Of a stretch of DNA of 64,000 nt, positions 9,346 through 18,605 are shown piece after piece (within the stretch, counting starts at the first letter, position 1; each line of letters begins with the position of its first letter). The translations under genes and the position numbers were made by a program. This stretch comes from an uncultured Verrucomicrobiae bacterium. GTDB taxonomy: Bacteria > Verrucomicrobiota > Verrucomicrobiia > Chthoniobacterales > Xiphinematobacteraceae. The stretch spans positions 256,001-320,000 of the forward strand of contig CAVPNI010000004.1 in the NCBI GenBank assembly GCA_963706715.1, given 5' to 3'. Under the pieces are notes generated by a model that saw nothing but the letters and a program-made list of their open reading frames with translations, searched no databases and had not been told where the DNA came from.

Positions 9346-10134
9346 ATGCATTCGTCCCATATGCCGACAGAGCAGGCTCTTTCTAAATTCTTGCAACCCA
9401 TTCTTATCGAGGTTGAAACACATCCTGTTTTTGCAAAAATACAAACTGTGAAGCAGTTGCACGTCTTCATGGAACACCATGTGTTTGCGGTCTGGGATTT
9501 TATGTCCCTCTTAAAATTTTTGCAAAATACCCTCGCTCCTTCCACGTGGCCCTGGCTTCCACCACTCCACGGAAATCTGGTTCGTTTAATTAATGAGATT
9601 GTTTTAGCAGAAGAGTGCGACCAGTTGCCTCAAACGAAAAGCTCATCAAATGCCTCCTATGCCAGCCATTTTAACCTTTATTTACAAGCAATGGAGGAGG
9701 TAGGAGCGAACACCCATCCCATTTTGGCTTTTATTGAACGGCTTAAAGTGGAGGGTCTGGTCTCCGCGCTTTCCAATCCCATCGTGCCGGAAGCTTCTCG
9801 TATGTTTATGAAGGACACCTTTGCGTTATTAGAATGTCGGGAACCGCACAAGATTGCCGCAGCCTTTGCCTTCGGACGCGAGAATGTCATTCCCGGAATG
9901 TTTCATTCTCTATTGGAAAAATTTGGAATTAGCCCGGATCGGGCGCCTATTTTCCATTATTATCTTCAACGCCATACGGAACTGGATGGAGAGGAACATG
10001 GACCGGCAGCTCTTCGTCTTGTGACTACGTTGTGCAAAGACAGTCCGGAAAAAATAGAGGAGGCAACGGCGTCCGCACAAAAAGCTTTGCTCAGCCGAAA
10101 GCAGCTTTTGGATAGTGTGAATCTCTTAATATAG
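9346..10134 (+). CDS. DUF3050 family heme-oxygenase-like (putative diiron) protein
   Basis: FMEHHVFAVWDFMSLLK, RLINEIVLAEE, SHFNLYL, FAFGRE, YYLQRHTELDGEEHGP; start chosen at ATG 9346 (9361 also possible). Confidence 0.85.
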   Translation: MHSSHMPTEQALSKFLQPILIEVETHPVFAKIQTVKQLHVFMEHHVFAVWDFMSLLKFLQNTLAPSTWPWLPPLHGNLVRLINEIVLAEECDQLPQTKSSSNASYASHFNLYLQAMEEVGANTHPILAFIERLKVEGLVSALSNPIVPEASRMFMKDTFALLECREPHKIAAAFAFGRENVIPGMFHSLLEKFGISPDRAPIFHYYLQRHTELDGEEHGPAALRLVTTLCKDSPEKIEEATASAQKALLSRKQLLDSVNLLI

Positions 10135-10176
10135 GAGCCTTAAGGTGTGCTGAAGAACAGCAGATTCGTCCAGCAA

Positions 10177-10262
10177 TATAGCAAGGCCCGTATAAAATGA
10201 TCATGGATTTGATGCGCTTGGCTCCCGCCAAGTCGCACCCTTGCGGGCTGCTTTCACCGTTC
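10177..10262 (+). repeat. Chimeric MITE remnant (family-B left end plus family-C internal segment)
   Basis: TATAGCAAGGCCCGTATAAAATGATCATGGATTTGA followed by GCTTGGCTCCCGCCAAGTC as in family C (near 48604). Confidence 0.75.
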
Positions 10263-10281
10263 CCAATTTTGGGAACGGTGA
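10254..10281. terminator. Perfect hairpin between convergent DUF3050 gene and metE
   Basis: TCACCGTTCCCA...TGGGAACGGTGA stem; preceded by a short T run. Confidence 0.55.
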
Positions 10282-10297
10282 GGAGGCTCAAGGAGAT

Positions 10298-12589
10298 TTA
10301 AGCTACGAGCGTTTCTTTTAGGAGGCCGTTGCGTACGTGCTGAGCTGCACGAACGAGATTTTGTAAGGCAGGTGTTACTTCTTCCCAGCGCCTGGTTTTC
10401 AGACCGCAGTCGGGATTTACCCAAATTTTATCGGCTGACAATCCATTGACTGCTTTTCGCAAAAGTTTTTCCATAAATTCCACGGTTGGGATAGCTGGAG
10501 TGTGCACATCATAAATTCCGAGACCTATGTCATTTGCATAGTCAGAAAAGAATTCCATTAATTCCATCTCGGAACGCGAAGCCTCAATGGAGATCACATC
10601 AGCATCCATCGCTTTAATTGCATCGATAATATCCGGGAATTCCGAATAACACATATGCGTGTGAATTTGGGTCTCATCGGCAACACCGGTGAAACATGCT
10701 TGGAAAGAGCGAACAGCCCATTCTAAGTACTTCGGTGCATCAGCGTGTCTGAGTGGTAATCCTTCGCGAAGTGCCGGCTCGTCAATTTGGATGATCCCGA
10801 TCCCGTTTTTTTCAAGCTCAAGGACCTCTTCGCACAAGGCATGCGCAATCTGCATAGCTGTTTCGCTGTGTGGCTGATCATCTCGAACAAAGCTCCACTG
10901 AATCATAGTAATCGGCCCGGTAAGCATTCCCTTCACTGGGAACTTCGTCAGTGATTGTGCATAGGTGATCCAACGGATGGTCATAGGATGGGGCCGCCAT
11001 ACATCGCCAAAGATAATAGGCGGCTTCACACAACGAGTCCCATAGCTTTGAACCCACCCATTGGTTGTAAAAGCAAATCCTTCCAACTGTTCGCCAAAAT
11101 ACTCAACCATATCATTGCGCTCGAATTCACCGTGGACAAATACATCGAGTCCCACCCGCTCCTGGAGAGCAATCGCCGTGGCAATTTCTTGTTCGATATA
11201 ACGGTCATACACTACAGAATTGATTTGGCCCTTTTTATAGCCAGCGCGTATGCTGCGCAGCTCGGGGGTTTGAGGAAAGGAACCGATTGTCGTGAGGGGC
11301 AGAAGAGCCAAACCTAGTTTTTCTCGCTGAAGGCGTTTACGGATTTCAAACGGGGATTGACGTCCCGGAGGCAATTTTTGCCACTTCGCAATTTTTCGCC
11401 GCAGTTCTTCTTTTCGGCTTCGAGCACTCACCTTCCGAGATTGCAAAGCAATTTCGTTCCGGTGCAATGCGCTCAAATCTCCTTTGCCCACGGCAAGGCG
11501 GGCAAGGGTCTGGATTTCATCCAGTTTCTCTTCCGCAAACGCTAACCAAGCGTAAAGATCTCTTGCGAGCTTCGCTTCTTGTCGCAATGAGATGGGAACA
11601 TGCAATAATGAACAAGAAGGGGCAAGGAGTAGCCGTTCGGCACCAATTGCCCGCAGGGTGTATTCGATACGGTCCAATGCGGAGGCGAAATCTGTTTTCC
11701 AAATATTCCGTCCATTGACAACCCCCAGCGAAAGGCTCATGGACTGAGGCAAAGCCTCAATCCACGCAGGGAGTTCGGCTCCTCCGCGGACGCAATCCAA
11801 ATGCACAGCCTGCACAGGTAAAGAGGTCACAATGGGCAGATTTTCTTTGACCTTGCCAAAGTACGTGGCAAGAAGGAATTTCAAACCGGGGGCCGCTTCG
11901 GTAAGCCTCCGATAGGCAGGCAAAAACAGATTCCTAACGTTTTCAGGAATGTCCTGAACCAGAATGGGCTCATCGAGTTGCACCCATTCGGCTCCCTTTT
12001 GAGCCAATTGAGAAAGGATCTCCTCATAAATCGGCAATATGGAATTCAGATGATCAAAACGGTCGAAACGGTCTTTGGATTTTCCTAAAGCCAAGTATGT
12101 CAAGGGCCCAATCAATACCGGCTTGGTGCGGATTCCCGCTTCCAACGCCTCCTCAAATTCCTGCACAGGCTTGGAATCCGACAAACAGAACGTACTGTCG
12201 CGAGAAAACTCCGGAACAATGTAATGGTAGTTGGTATCAAACCATTTCTTCATTTCGCAGGGCACCATAGCGCTCTGCTGTCCACCACGTGCTAACTGAA
12301 ACCGCTGATCTAAGCTGACGCTGCCGGGTGCCCACTGAAACCTTTCCGGCAAATTGCCCAAGATACACGTCATATCCAGAACCTGATCGTAAAGGCTGAA
12401 GTCGTTTGAAGGAATGAGATCAATACCCAATGCCGCTTGAGAACGCCAATTCTCAATTCTCAGTTGACGGGCTGTTTTTAACAGTTCGGATGCCTCCAAC
12501 CGGCCAGCCCAATATCCCTCTACAGCCCTTTTCAATTCACGGTTAGCCCCAATTCGGGGAAATCCAAGGTTATGAGTCAAAATTTTCAT
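10298..12589 (-). CDS. metE: Cobalamin-independent methionine synthase
   Basis: LGFPRIGANRELK, KWFDTNYHYIVPE, TTIGSFPQT, HGEFERNDMVEYF, HTHMCYSEF, WVNPDCGLKTR. Confidence 0.98.
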   Translation of the reverse strand: MKILTHNLGFPRIGANRELKRAVEGYWAGRLEASELLKTARQLRIENWRSQAALGIDLIPSNDFSLYDQVLDMTCILGNLPERFQWAPGSVSLDQRFQLARGGQQSAMVPCEMKKWFDTNYHYIVPEFSRDSTFCLSDSKPVQEFEEALEAGIRTKPVLIGPLTYLALGKSKDRFDRFDHLNSILPIYEEILSQLAQKGAEWVQLDEPILVQDIPENVRNLFLPAYRRLTEAAPGLKFLLATYFGKVKENLPIVTSLPVQAVHLDCVRGGAELPAWIEALPQSMSLSLGVVNGRNIWKTDFASALDRIEYTLRAIGAERLLLAPSCSLLHVPISLRQEAKLARDLYAWLAFAEEKLDEIQTLARLAVGKGDLSALHRNEIALQSRKVSARSRKEELRRKIAKWQKLPPGRQSPFEIRKRLQREKLGLALLPLTTIGSFPQTPELRSIRAGYKKGQINSVVYDRYIEQEIATAIALQERVGLDVFVHGEFERNDMVEYFGEQLEGFAFTTNGWVQSYGTRCVKPPIIFGDVWRPHPMTIRWITYAQSLTKFPVKGMLTGPITMIQWSFVRDDQPHSETAMQIAHALCEEVLELEKNGIGIIQIDEPALREGLPLRHADAPKYLEWAVRSFQACFTGVADETQIHTHMCYSEFPDIIDAIKAMDADVISIEASRSEMELMEFFSDYANDIGLGIYDVHTPAIPTVEFMEKLLRKAVNGLSADKIWVNPDCGLKTRRWEEVTPALQNLVRAAQHVRNGLLKETLVA

Positions 12590-12652
12590 ATAAAGTTATA
12601 CGCATATCTTAATGTATGATTGCAACAGAAATATCGTTTAAAATCTCACGAA

Positions 12653-12863
12653 GCCAACTTCGTTGGTTCTTTTTAGAAGCCGATAATTACAAAGTGAGGT
12701 TACGCAAAAAAGAGTCATTTGTTGGTGAGAATGGCCTTTTTTTGCTCCCAGAGCTTCTAAAAGAACGTAACGTTAGTTACAAACAACATTTTATTGAGCT
12801 ACAAATAAATGGAAAATGACCTTTTTTCTGCCAGAGCTCCTAAAAGTGCGTAACGTCAGTTAC
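12653..12863 (-). repeat. Nested repeat: family A inside family D next to a family-A end
   Basis: Family-A copy 12694-12776 flanked by TTACAAA direct repeats (12687-12693, 12777-12783) within a D arm; further A end at 12816-12863. Confidence 0.85.
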
Positions 12864-12870
12864 GAGGGCT

Positions 12871-13296
12871 TTAATCCTTTTTCGGATTCGGGCTTTTCGG
12901 TTCCTTGTTATAAATCTGGTTGGCGTCAAAGAGCGGCTTCTCTTGAAGTGGAAGCGGTTCTCCCTTCATATCCAACTCCGAAAAAAAGCAGCTCTCAAAA
13001 CCAGTGTGGCAGGCACCTCCCACCTGATCCACATAAAAGAGAAGGGTGTCGCGATCACAGTCCACGAACCAACGGACAATTTTCTGGATATGGCCGCTGG
13101 TTTCCCCTTTGCACCAAAGACGCTTTCTAGAGCGGCTCCAATAGTGCATAATCCCTTTATTTAAAGTAGTTTCAATCGACTTTCGGTTCATCCAAGCCAT
13201 CATGAGAACCCGGCTACGAGGATTCTCCGGCATCGGCACCTGCTGAATGATCGCCGGTATTAATCCTTCTGCATTAAAATTGAAATTAAAATTCAT
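12871..13296 (-). CDS. hisI: Phosphoribosyl-AMP cyclohydrolase
   Basis: GLIPAIIQ, VLMMAWMN, YWSRSR, WCKGETSGH, DCDRDTLL, GACHTGFESCF; ATG at 13296. Confidence 0.95.
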   Translation of the reverse strand: MNFNFNFNAEGLIPAIIQQVPMPENPRSRVLMMAWMNRKSIETTLNKGIMHYWSRSRKRLWCKGETSGHIQKIVRWFVDCDRDTLLFYVDQVGGACHTGFESCFFSELDMKGEPLPLQEKPLFDANQIYNKEPKSPNPKKD

Positions 13297-13380
13297 GCGT
13301 GATTGAGTGAGACTAGTATCAAATTTGGAGTCTGGATGAGTCAATCTCAAGAGTTTTGCCGGTCTTTTTCACCTCAGCCA

Positions 13381-14727
13381 ATGCAGGCATACCGGTATGT
13401 CACTAAAACCCCACGAAATCTACGACTCTCATTAAATGAGTTGCTTACATATGTTCCTCCAGCCTGGATTCGAGCGGGGTATTCCAATCAGTCGGCCACA
13501 GTGGAGCTTCTTTGTACGGATATCCTACAGTCCCATATCCCGCGAATCTCGGTCGATCAGTTGAAAAAAGTCATACCGCACGTGCTAAGAATCCCAGCAG
13601 ACGTTCATCCGGCAACGAAGGTCCTTCTCCCAACCACTCGAGTGGCACTTGCCTACCAATTAGTCACGGAGTCCTCGCCGGACGGGCAGCATCCGCCGGA
13701 TGGGCCGCTCCCGCCGGACGGCGCGCAGCTATCCTCTCCGGAACTGGAAGAATCTCCTGCAGCAGGCCCGCAGACAGCCAAAGCATCCAGTCCTCCAGCC
13801 ACTCAGCGAATGAAACTGCCCGTCCGGCGAGGACTTCGTGTTTTGCTATGGATGCAAAAAAAAATCGGTTGGGGCCGTACTGACCAAGCGAAAAAAGATT
13901 CGCCCTCGGACTTTTCCTCTTCCTTTCCGGAAGAATCTCAAGAATCCGGTCACACCTCAGACGATCAAAACAGCGAAGATCCAGTTTTTCCAAAGGAGGG
14001 AGCCGCAAAACCCGAATTTTTTGCCTCCCTCCCCTTACTGATTCCAAGACCCATCCCACCTCCTTCACAATCCGTCCCCGTTACAGCAATCACAACTCCT
14101 GCTCCTCCCCCTAAGGAAAATCCGAAGAGCGTGGATTTATCATATCCCACTTGCAGTTTTCCACCCTTCACAAACTCTGACACAACGGATCAGCAGACTG
14201 CGGTATTGGACAAAAAGCATCTGATTACTCCCCTCTCTCAGCCGTTGGAGTTCCTTTCCAACGAAAGTCACTTGCAGACATTGCTGCATACTGACGAGCG
14301 CCTCTCGATTCACCGGGTACTAGATCTTTGCAGCCAGCTCCCTGGCATACGGGATTGTATCTTGGCACAGAGTTGGGAAGTGGTAGCACGTTCGCAACAA
14401 CTGGGCAGCTTAGACCCAATGAGGGCGGGAAGCCAAGCATCCGGTTTAATCGACAATATTCGCGAGGCTTCCACAAAAATGGGTCTTGGCACCGTTAAAG
14501 CCATCACACTCTACTCATCCGAGGGGCCCATCAGCTTCCTTCGTGATCAGGATCTGTGTTTTATGATCCGGCATAGTGATCAAGAACGTGGATTTGTTCC
14601 TGGTGTGAGAGAAAAATTGCAATTGATTCTTTCCGAATTGAATAAATCCAAAATCCTTGTTCCTCCCCAGGCTTTGCCACCCAAGACAGAATCGATTGCG
14701 GGAACTACAGGGCACGATAAATTTTGA
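13381..14727 (+). CDS. Hypothetical protein with Pro/Ser-rich linker and C-terminal roadblock/LC7-like domain
   Basis: Long ORF with low-complexity middle; C-terminal QLPGIRDCILA...AITLYSSEGPISFLRDQDLCFMIRH resembles roadblock/MglB (inference); stop overlaps the exbB ORF. Confidence 0.65.
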   Translation: MQAYRYVTKTPRNLRLSLNELLTYVPPAWIRAGYSNQSATVELLCTDILQSHIPRISVDQLKKVIPHVLRIPADVHPATKVLLPTTRVALAYQLVTESSPDGQHPPDGPLPPDGAQLSSPELEESPAAGPQTAKASSPPATQRMKLPVRRGLRVLLWMQKKIGWGRTDQAKKDSPSDFSSSFPEESQESGHTSDDQNSEDPVFPKEGAAKPEFFASLPLLIPRPIPPPSQSVPVTAITTPAPPPKENPKSVDLSYPTCSFPPFTNSDTTDQQTAVLDKKHLITPLSQPLEFLSNESHLQTLLHTDERLSIHRVLDLCSQLPGIRDCILAQSWEVVARSQQLGSLDPMRAGSQASGLIDNIREASTKMGLGTVKAITLYSSEGPISFLRDQDLCFMIRHSDQERGFVPGVREKLQLILSELNKSKILVPPQALPPKTESIAGTTGHDKF

Positions 14728-15356
14728 ATACGATGATTGAGTTATTTCAAAAGGGAGGTCCTTTAATGTGGGTCATTCTAGTCTGCAGCATCATTGCATT
14801 GGCCGTGTTCCTTGAGCGTCTGTTTTTCCTTCATCGCGCTAACATCCACGTCAGCGATTTTTTAAGAGGACTTTCAGTATTGATCGAAAAAAGAAATTTT
14901 GCCGAAGCCATTCAGGAGTCCGCATGCACACCCGGACCTGTCGCTCGTGTTGTGCATTCCGTCCTCCTTCGGCATGACGCTAATAGGGAGGAGCTGCGAG
15001 AAATTGCGCAATCCGCTGGCCAGCTCGAAGTCCCTCGCTTGGAAAAAAATCTTCCTTTACTCAGTGTAGTTGCCTATGGGGCGCCATTAGTGGGCCTTTT
15101 GGGGACCATTTTAGGATTGTTACAAGCGTTTCAAACCATGACCATCCACGGAGGTTATACTACGACGACCGAACTTGCGGCGGGAGTATATCAAAGTCTT
15201 CTCTGCGCGGCTGCGGGCATTGCTGTCTGCATTCCTGCCTTTGTAGCTTATATATTTCTTTCATCTCGCGTGAATACGCTCATACACGATATGGAGCGAG
15301 CCGGGATTGAAGTGATCCAATTGTTGCCGACTTCGTCGGGTTCTCTTAGGAGCTAA
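14724..15356 (+). CDS. exbB: MotA/TolQ/ExbB proton channel protein
   Basis: KGGPLMWVIL, APLVGLLGTILGLLQAF, LAAGVYQSL, GIAVCIPAF. Confidence 0.9.
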   Translation: MNTMIELFQKGGPLMWVILVCSIIALAVFLERLFFLHRANIHVSDFLRGLSVLIEKRNFAEAIQESACTPGPVARVVHSVLLRHDANREELREIAQSAGQLEVPRLEKNLPLLSVVAYGAPLVGLLGTILGLLQAFQTMTIHGGYTTTTELAAGVYQSLLCAAAGIAVCIPAFVAYIFLSSRVNTLIHDMERAGIEVIQLLPTSSGSLRS

Positions 15357-15638
15357 AAATTGCAAATAAGGTCTTTTTTTAACTACAAGTCATCCAATTG
15401 TTGCAAGCTCCTCACCCGTCAACTTCGTCGGGTTCTTTTAGGAGCTAAAAATTGCAAATGAGGTCTTTTTTTCACTACAAGTCATCCAATTGTTGCAAGC
15501 TCCTCACCCGTCGACTTCGTCGGGTTCTCTTAGGAGCTAAAAATTGCAAATGAGGTCTTTTTTTCACTACAAGTCATCCAATTGTTGCAAGCTCCTCACC
15601 CGTCGACTTCGTCGGGTTCTTTTAGGAACTCGAATTGC
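15326..15638 (+). repeat. Tandem array of ~3.4 copies of a 92-bp unit containing a family-D arm
   Basis: Unit starts at 15326, 15418, 15510, 15602: GACTTCGTCGGGTTCT(C/T)TTAGGAGCTAAAAATTGCAAAT...CTACAAGTCATCCAATTGTTGCAAGCTCCTCACCC. Confidence 0.93.
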
Positions 15639-15695
15639 TAAAAGATTTGCAAGACCAACGGTTCAGCAGAATTGTGGTACAAAATTGCCTCTGTT

Positions 15696-16130
15696 ATGAA
15701 AACCAGTCTCTCAGGAAACCAACGAAGTTGGCGGACCTTTGATTTTAATCCCATTGGGCTCCTGTTAGCTCCCTTAGCTACCGTCAGCCTGCTTTTGATG
15801 TTTTTTTTACTCCTGTGTACTTCATTGGTATTGCAACCTGGCATAGCGGTCCAAGTGCCGTCCTCCTCTTTTTTACTTCCACCACAACACGAACCGCTGG
15901 TGGTAAGTGTTACCGGTCCCCCTCTGCCAAGTATTTTTTTTGAAAACCAACGAGGTGATGTTGAGAAATTGGGAGTCTGGTTGGATAGCCAACAAAACCG
16001 CACACGCACTGTAATTATCAAATCAGATCAATATGCCCCGGCAGGCATAGTCACAGAAGTCCTAAACCAGGCTCTGCGCCACGGGTACTCCACAATTTTG
16101 GCAACCCAAGAAAAATCTGTGTCTAAGTAA
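15696..16130 (+). CDS. exbD: ExbD/TolR family biopolymer transporter protein
   Basis: One TM helix (PLATVSLLLMFFLL), GIAVQVP, VIIKSDQYAPAGIVTEVL; follows exbB. Confidence 0.8.
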   Translation: MKTSLSGNQRSWRTFDFNPIGLLLAPLATVSLLLMFFLLLCTSLVLQPGIAVQVPSSSFLLPPQHEPLVVSVTGPPLPSIFFENQRGDVEKLGVWLDSQQNRTRTVIIKSDQYAPAGIVTEVLNQALRHGYSTILATQEKSVSK

Positions 16131-16277
16131 CTAACGTTACGCACCTTTAGAAGCCCTGGGAGCAAAAAAAGACTATTCTAACCAACAATGTTTCCTTTAT
16201 TTGTAGCTCAATAAAACGTTGTTTGTAATTATCGGCTTCTAAAAGAAACCAACGAAGTTGGTTTTACGTAACATCAC
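16131..16277 (+). repeat. Family-A element containing a family-D segment
   Basis: CTAACGTTACG...CGTAACATCAC flanked by TAAGTAA/TAAATAA; D arm (~16199-16261) inside. Confidence 0.8.
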
Positions 16278-16335
16278 TAAATAAAAAGGAAGCTGGCCGA
16301 TAAAATTCCAACCACGATGTTCTTCCTGATCGACC

Positions 16336-17079
16336 GTGAGTAGAGATCTTATATCACACCCACCATTGTTTTTCACTTGGCTTAAAAAGCCTCGGCTCGT
16401 TTTGCTTGGCATGCTAGTAGTCGCAACCCTCATTCATGTCTTAGCCATCTCCTTTTTTCGGCCCGTATTTCCCGAATTCCGTCGAAAGCCCATCGCCTCA
16501 GCAACCATCTACTTGCCGTATCAAGATTCTCCGAAGGCTTCTTCATTTAACCGGTGGTTGGAGGCAGAGGACCCTTCTCTTTTTGTACGAACTCGTGTGG
16601 CAGCCACACTCACCTTCCCGAAGATTCGATATATTCCAAGTTATACAACCGAGCACCTCGTTCTTGCGGCCCCTCCAAATCCAGTATCATCGATCGCCCT
16701 CCCATTAGGACCAGCCCCTGCACCTGTCAGTTTACACGCGCCAGTAATCCCCAAAAATTTCATTTTGCCGGCTCAAACGGTCGGCACTCGGCTTGAACTC
16801 ACAGGGGAGCTTGCGGGACGGCGCCTCCAAAAATTGCCGCCTCAAGGAATCTTGGTCTCCCCTTCGAACCCCAGCCTCCCTTGTTCCTTTTTAGTGGCAG
16901 TGAGTCCGACAGGGGACCTTCGCAATATTTTCTTACTGCGCAGTTCGGGAAGCTCCGAACTGGATCAATTCGCTATGGACAACCTTCGACAAGTGCGGTT
17001 AGAACCTCTCGATCCCAAGAAGGTCACTTGGGGAACAATCACCTATCTTTGGGGGGCGACTAAAGGGTATAAACCATGA
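16336..17079 (+). CDS. TonB-like protein
   Basis: N-terminal TM with His (TLIHVL), Pro-rich middle, C-terminal VAVSPTGDLRNIFLLRSSGSSELDQFAM. Confidence 0.7.
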   Translation: MSRDLISHPPLFFTWLKKPRLVLLGMLVVATLIHVLAISFFRPVFPEFRRKPIASATIYLPYQDSPKASSFNRWLEAEDPSLFVRTRVAATLTFPKIRYIPSYTTEHLVLAAPPNPVSSIALPLGPAPAPVSLHAPVIPKNFILPAQTVGTRLELTGELAGRRLQKLPPQGILVSPSNPSLPCSFLVAVSPTGDLRNIFLLRSSGSSELDQFAMDNLRQVRLEPLDPKKVTWGTITYLWGATKGYKP

Positions 17080-17094
17080 AGTGAAAGGCTGCTG

Positions 17095-17337
17095 ATGATA
17101 ACAATCGATATCGCCGAACTGCTTGAAATTTATGTTGCAGTTTTTCTTGCAGCAATTTTTGTCCTTTGGATAGTCTACAAAATGGTTGGGAAACAGAGCA
17201 AAACTCGGCGCCACTGCCTCCAGTGCTCACTGTGTGGCATGGCATTCGAAGATCATTCCCCGGCCTTACTTCCCCGTTGCCCGCGATGTGGCAGTCTCAA
17301 CGAAAGAAACAATTCTCTCGCAACACGATATTATTAA
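17095..17337 (+). CDS. Small membrane-anchored zinc-ribbon protein
   Basis: TM segment followed by CSLC...CPRC; tightly packed before the IMPDH gene. Confidence 0.7.
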   Translation: MITIDIAELLEIYVAVFLAAIFVLWIVYKMVGKQSKTRRHCLQCSLCGMAFEDHSPALLPRCPRCGSLNERNNSLATRYY

Positions 17338-17344
17338 ATAATTT

Positions 17345-18523
17345 ATGTCAACGTGGATAGGAAGAAATCGAAAGGCCCGCGTCACTTATGGATTTGACGA
17401 CATTGCCTTGGTCCCTGGTGCGGTCACTATAAATCCCCAAGAAGTGGACATCACTTTTTCGATTCCAAAAAAAGACGGTGGGCGAATTCAACTGGATATT
17501 CCGATTTTGGCGAGCGCGATGGATGGCGTAGTCAATGTTCGCTTTGCGAAGGAAATGGGTCGGCTGGGCGGCTTGGCGGTGCTCAACCTGGAGGGTATCC
17601 AGACGCGCTACGAGAATTCTGAAGAAATTCTTGATGAAATACTTAAATCGAACAAAGAGCAAGTAACCGCTCTCCTCCAGAAGCTCTATCAGAAGCCCGT
17701 TCAGGAAAAACTGATTGCCCAGCGGATCCATGAAATTAAAGAAGGCGGCGCAATAGCTGCGGTAAGTTCCATTCCGCAAAAATCGGAACTTTATGGCCGG
17801 ATTGCCGCGGAAGCAGGTGTCGATGTTTTTGTCATCCAGAGCACTGTTTCCACAGTCCGTCATATCTCCAATGAGTATAAGTCTCTGGATTTAAAGAAAT
17901 TCTGTTCCGAAATGCCTTCTCCGGTCATCGTCGGCAACACCGTGAGTTATGAAGTCACACTCGAAATTATGGAGTGTGGTGTCGCCGGCGTTTTGATTGG
18001 TGTAGGTCCGGGTGCTGCCTGTACCTCTCGAGGAGTCCTAGGGCTTGGTGTACCTCAGGTAACCGCTACGGTAGACAGCGCGGCCGCACGGAACGCTTAT
18101 TATAAAAAAAGCGGCCGTTACATCCCAATCATTACCGATGGTGGGATGAGCAAAGGAGGGGATGTCTGCAAAGCACTTGCATGTGGCGCAGATGCTGTTA
18201 TGGTAGGGAGTGCCTTCGCAAGGGCTATGGAAGCCCCCGGACGCGGTGACCACTGGGGAATGGCAACCCCTCACGCCAATCTTCCTCGTGGAACGCGGAT
18301 CCATGTAGGTACCACTGGTAGTTTGGAACAGATTCTTTTTGGTCCCGCTGAAGTAGACGACGGTAGCCAAAATTTAGTGGGAGCTATTACCACCTGTATG
18401 GGTAATGTGGGAGCCGCCAATATTCGTGAATTTCAAGAAATTGAGATCATCATCGCACCTTCCATCAAAACGGAGGGTAAACTCTTCCAAACCATCCAAA
18501 GTGTTGGTATGGGTTCAAAATAA
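17345..18523 (+). CDS. guaB: IMP dehydrogenase family protein (GuaB3-type, no CBS domains)
   Basis: YGFDDIALVPG, ASAMDGVV, GVGPGAACTSR (catalytic Cys), PIITDGG, HWGMAT. Confidence 0.9.
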   Translation: MSTWIGRNRKARVTYGFDDIALVPGAVTINPQEVDITFSIPKKDGGRIQLDIPILASAMDGVVNVRFAKEMGRLGGLAVLNLEGIQTRYENSEEILDEILKSNKEQVTALLQKLYQKPVQEKLIAQRIHEIKEGGAIAAVSSIPQKSELYGRIAAEAGVDVFVIQSTVSTVRHISNEYKSLDLKKFCSEMPSPVIVGNTVSYEVTLEIMECGVAGVLIGVGPGAACTSRGVLGLGVPQVTATVDSAAARNAYYKKSGRYIPIITDGGMSKGGDVCKALACGADAVMVGSAFARAMEAPGRGDHWGMATPHANLPRGTRIHVGTTGSLEQILFGPAEVDDGSQNLVGAITTCMGNVGAANIREFQEIEIIIAPSIKTEGKLFQTIQSVGMGSK

Positions 18524-18605
18524 AATTTATAGTTGCCAAATAAGGAAAATTTCAGCTCTTTTGAGCATTTCGTGTTGTGCCAAGAACAGTTGATGCATTG
18601 ATGAG

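Noticed and set aside
15326..15638. CRISPR array
   Set aside because: Whole 92-bp units are near-identical with no unique spacers, and no cas genes are present.
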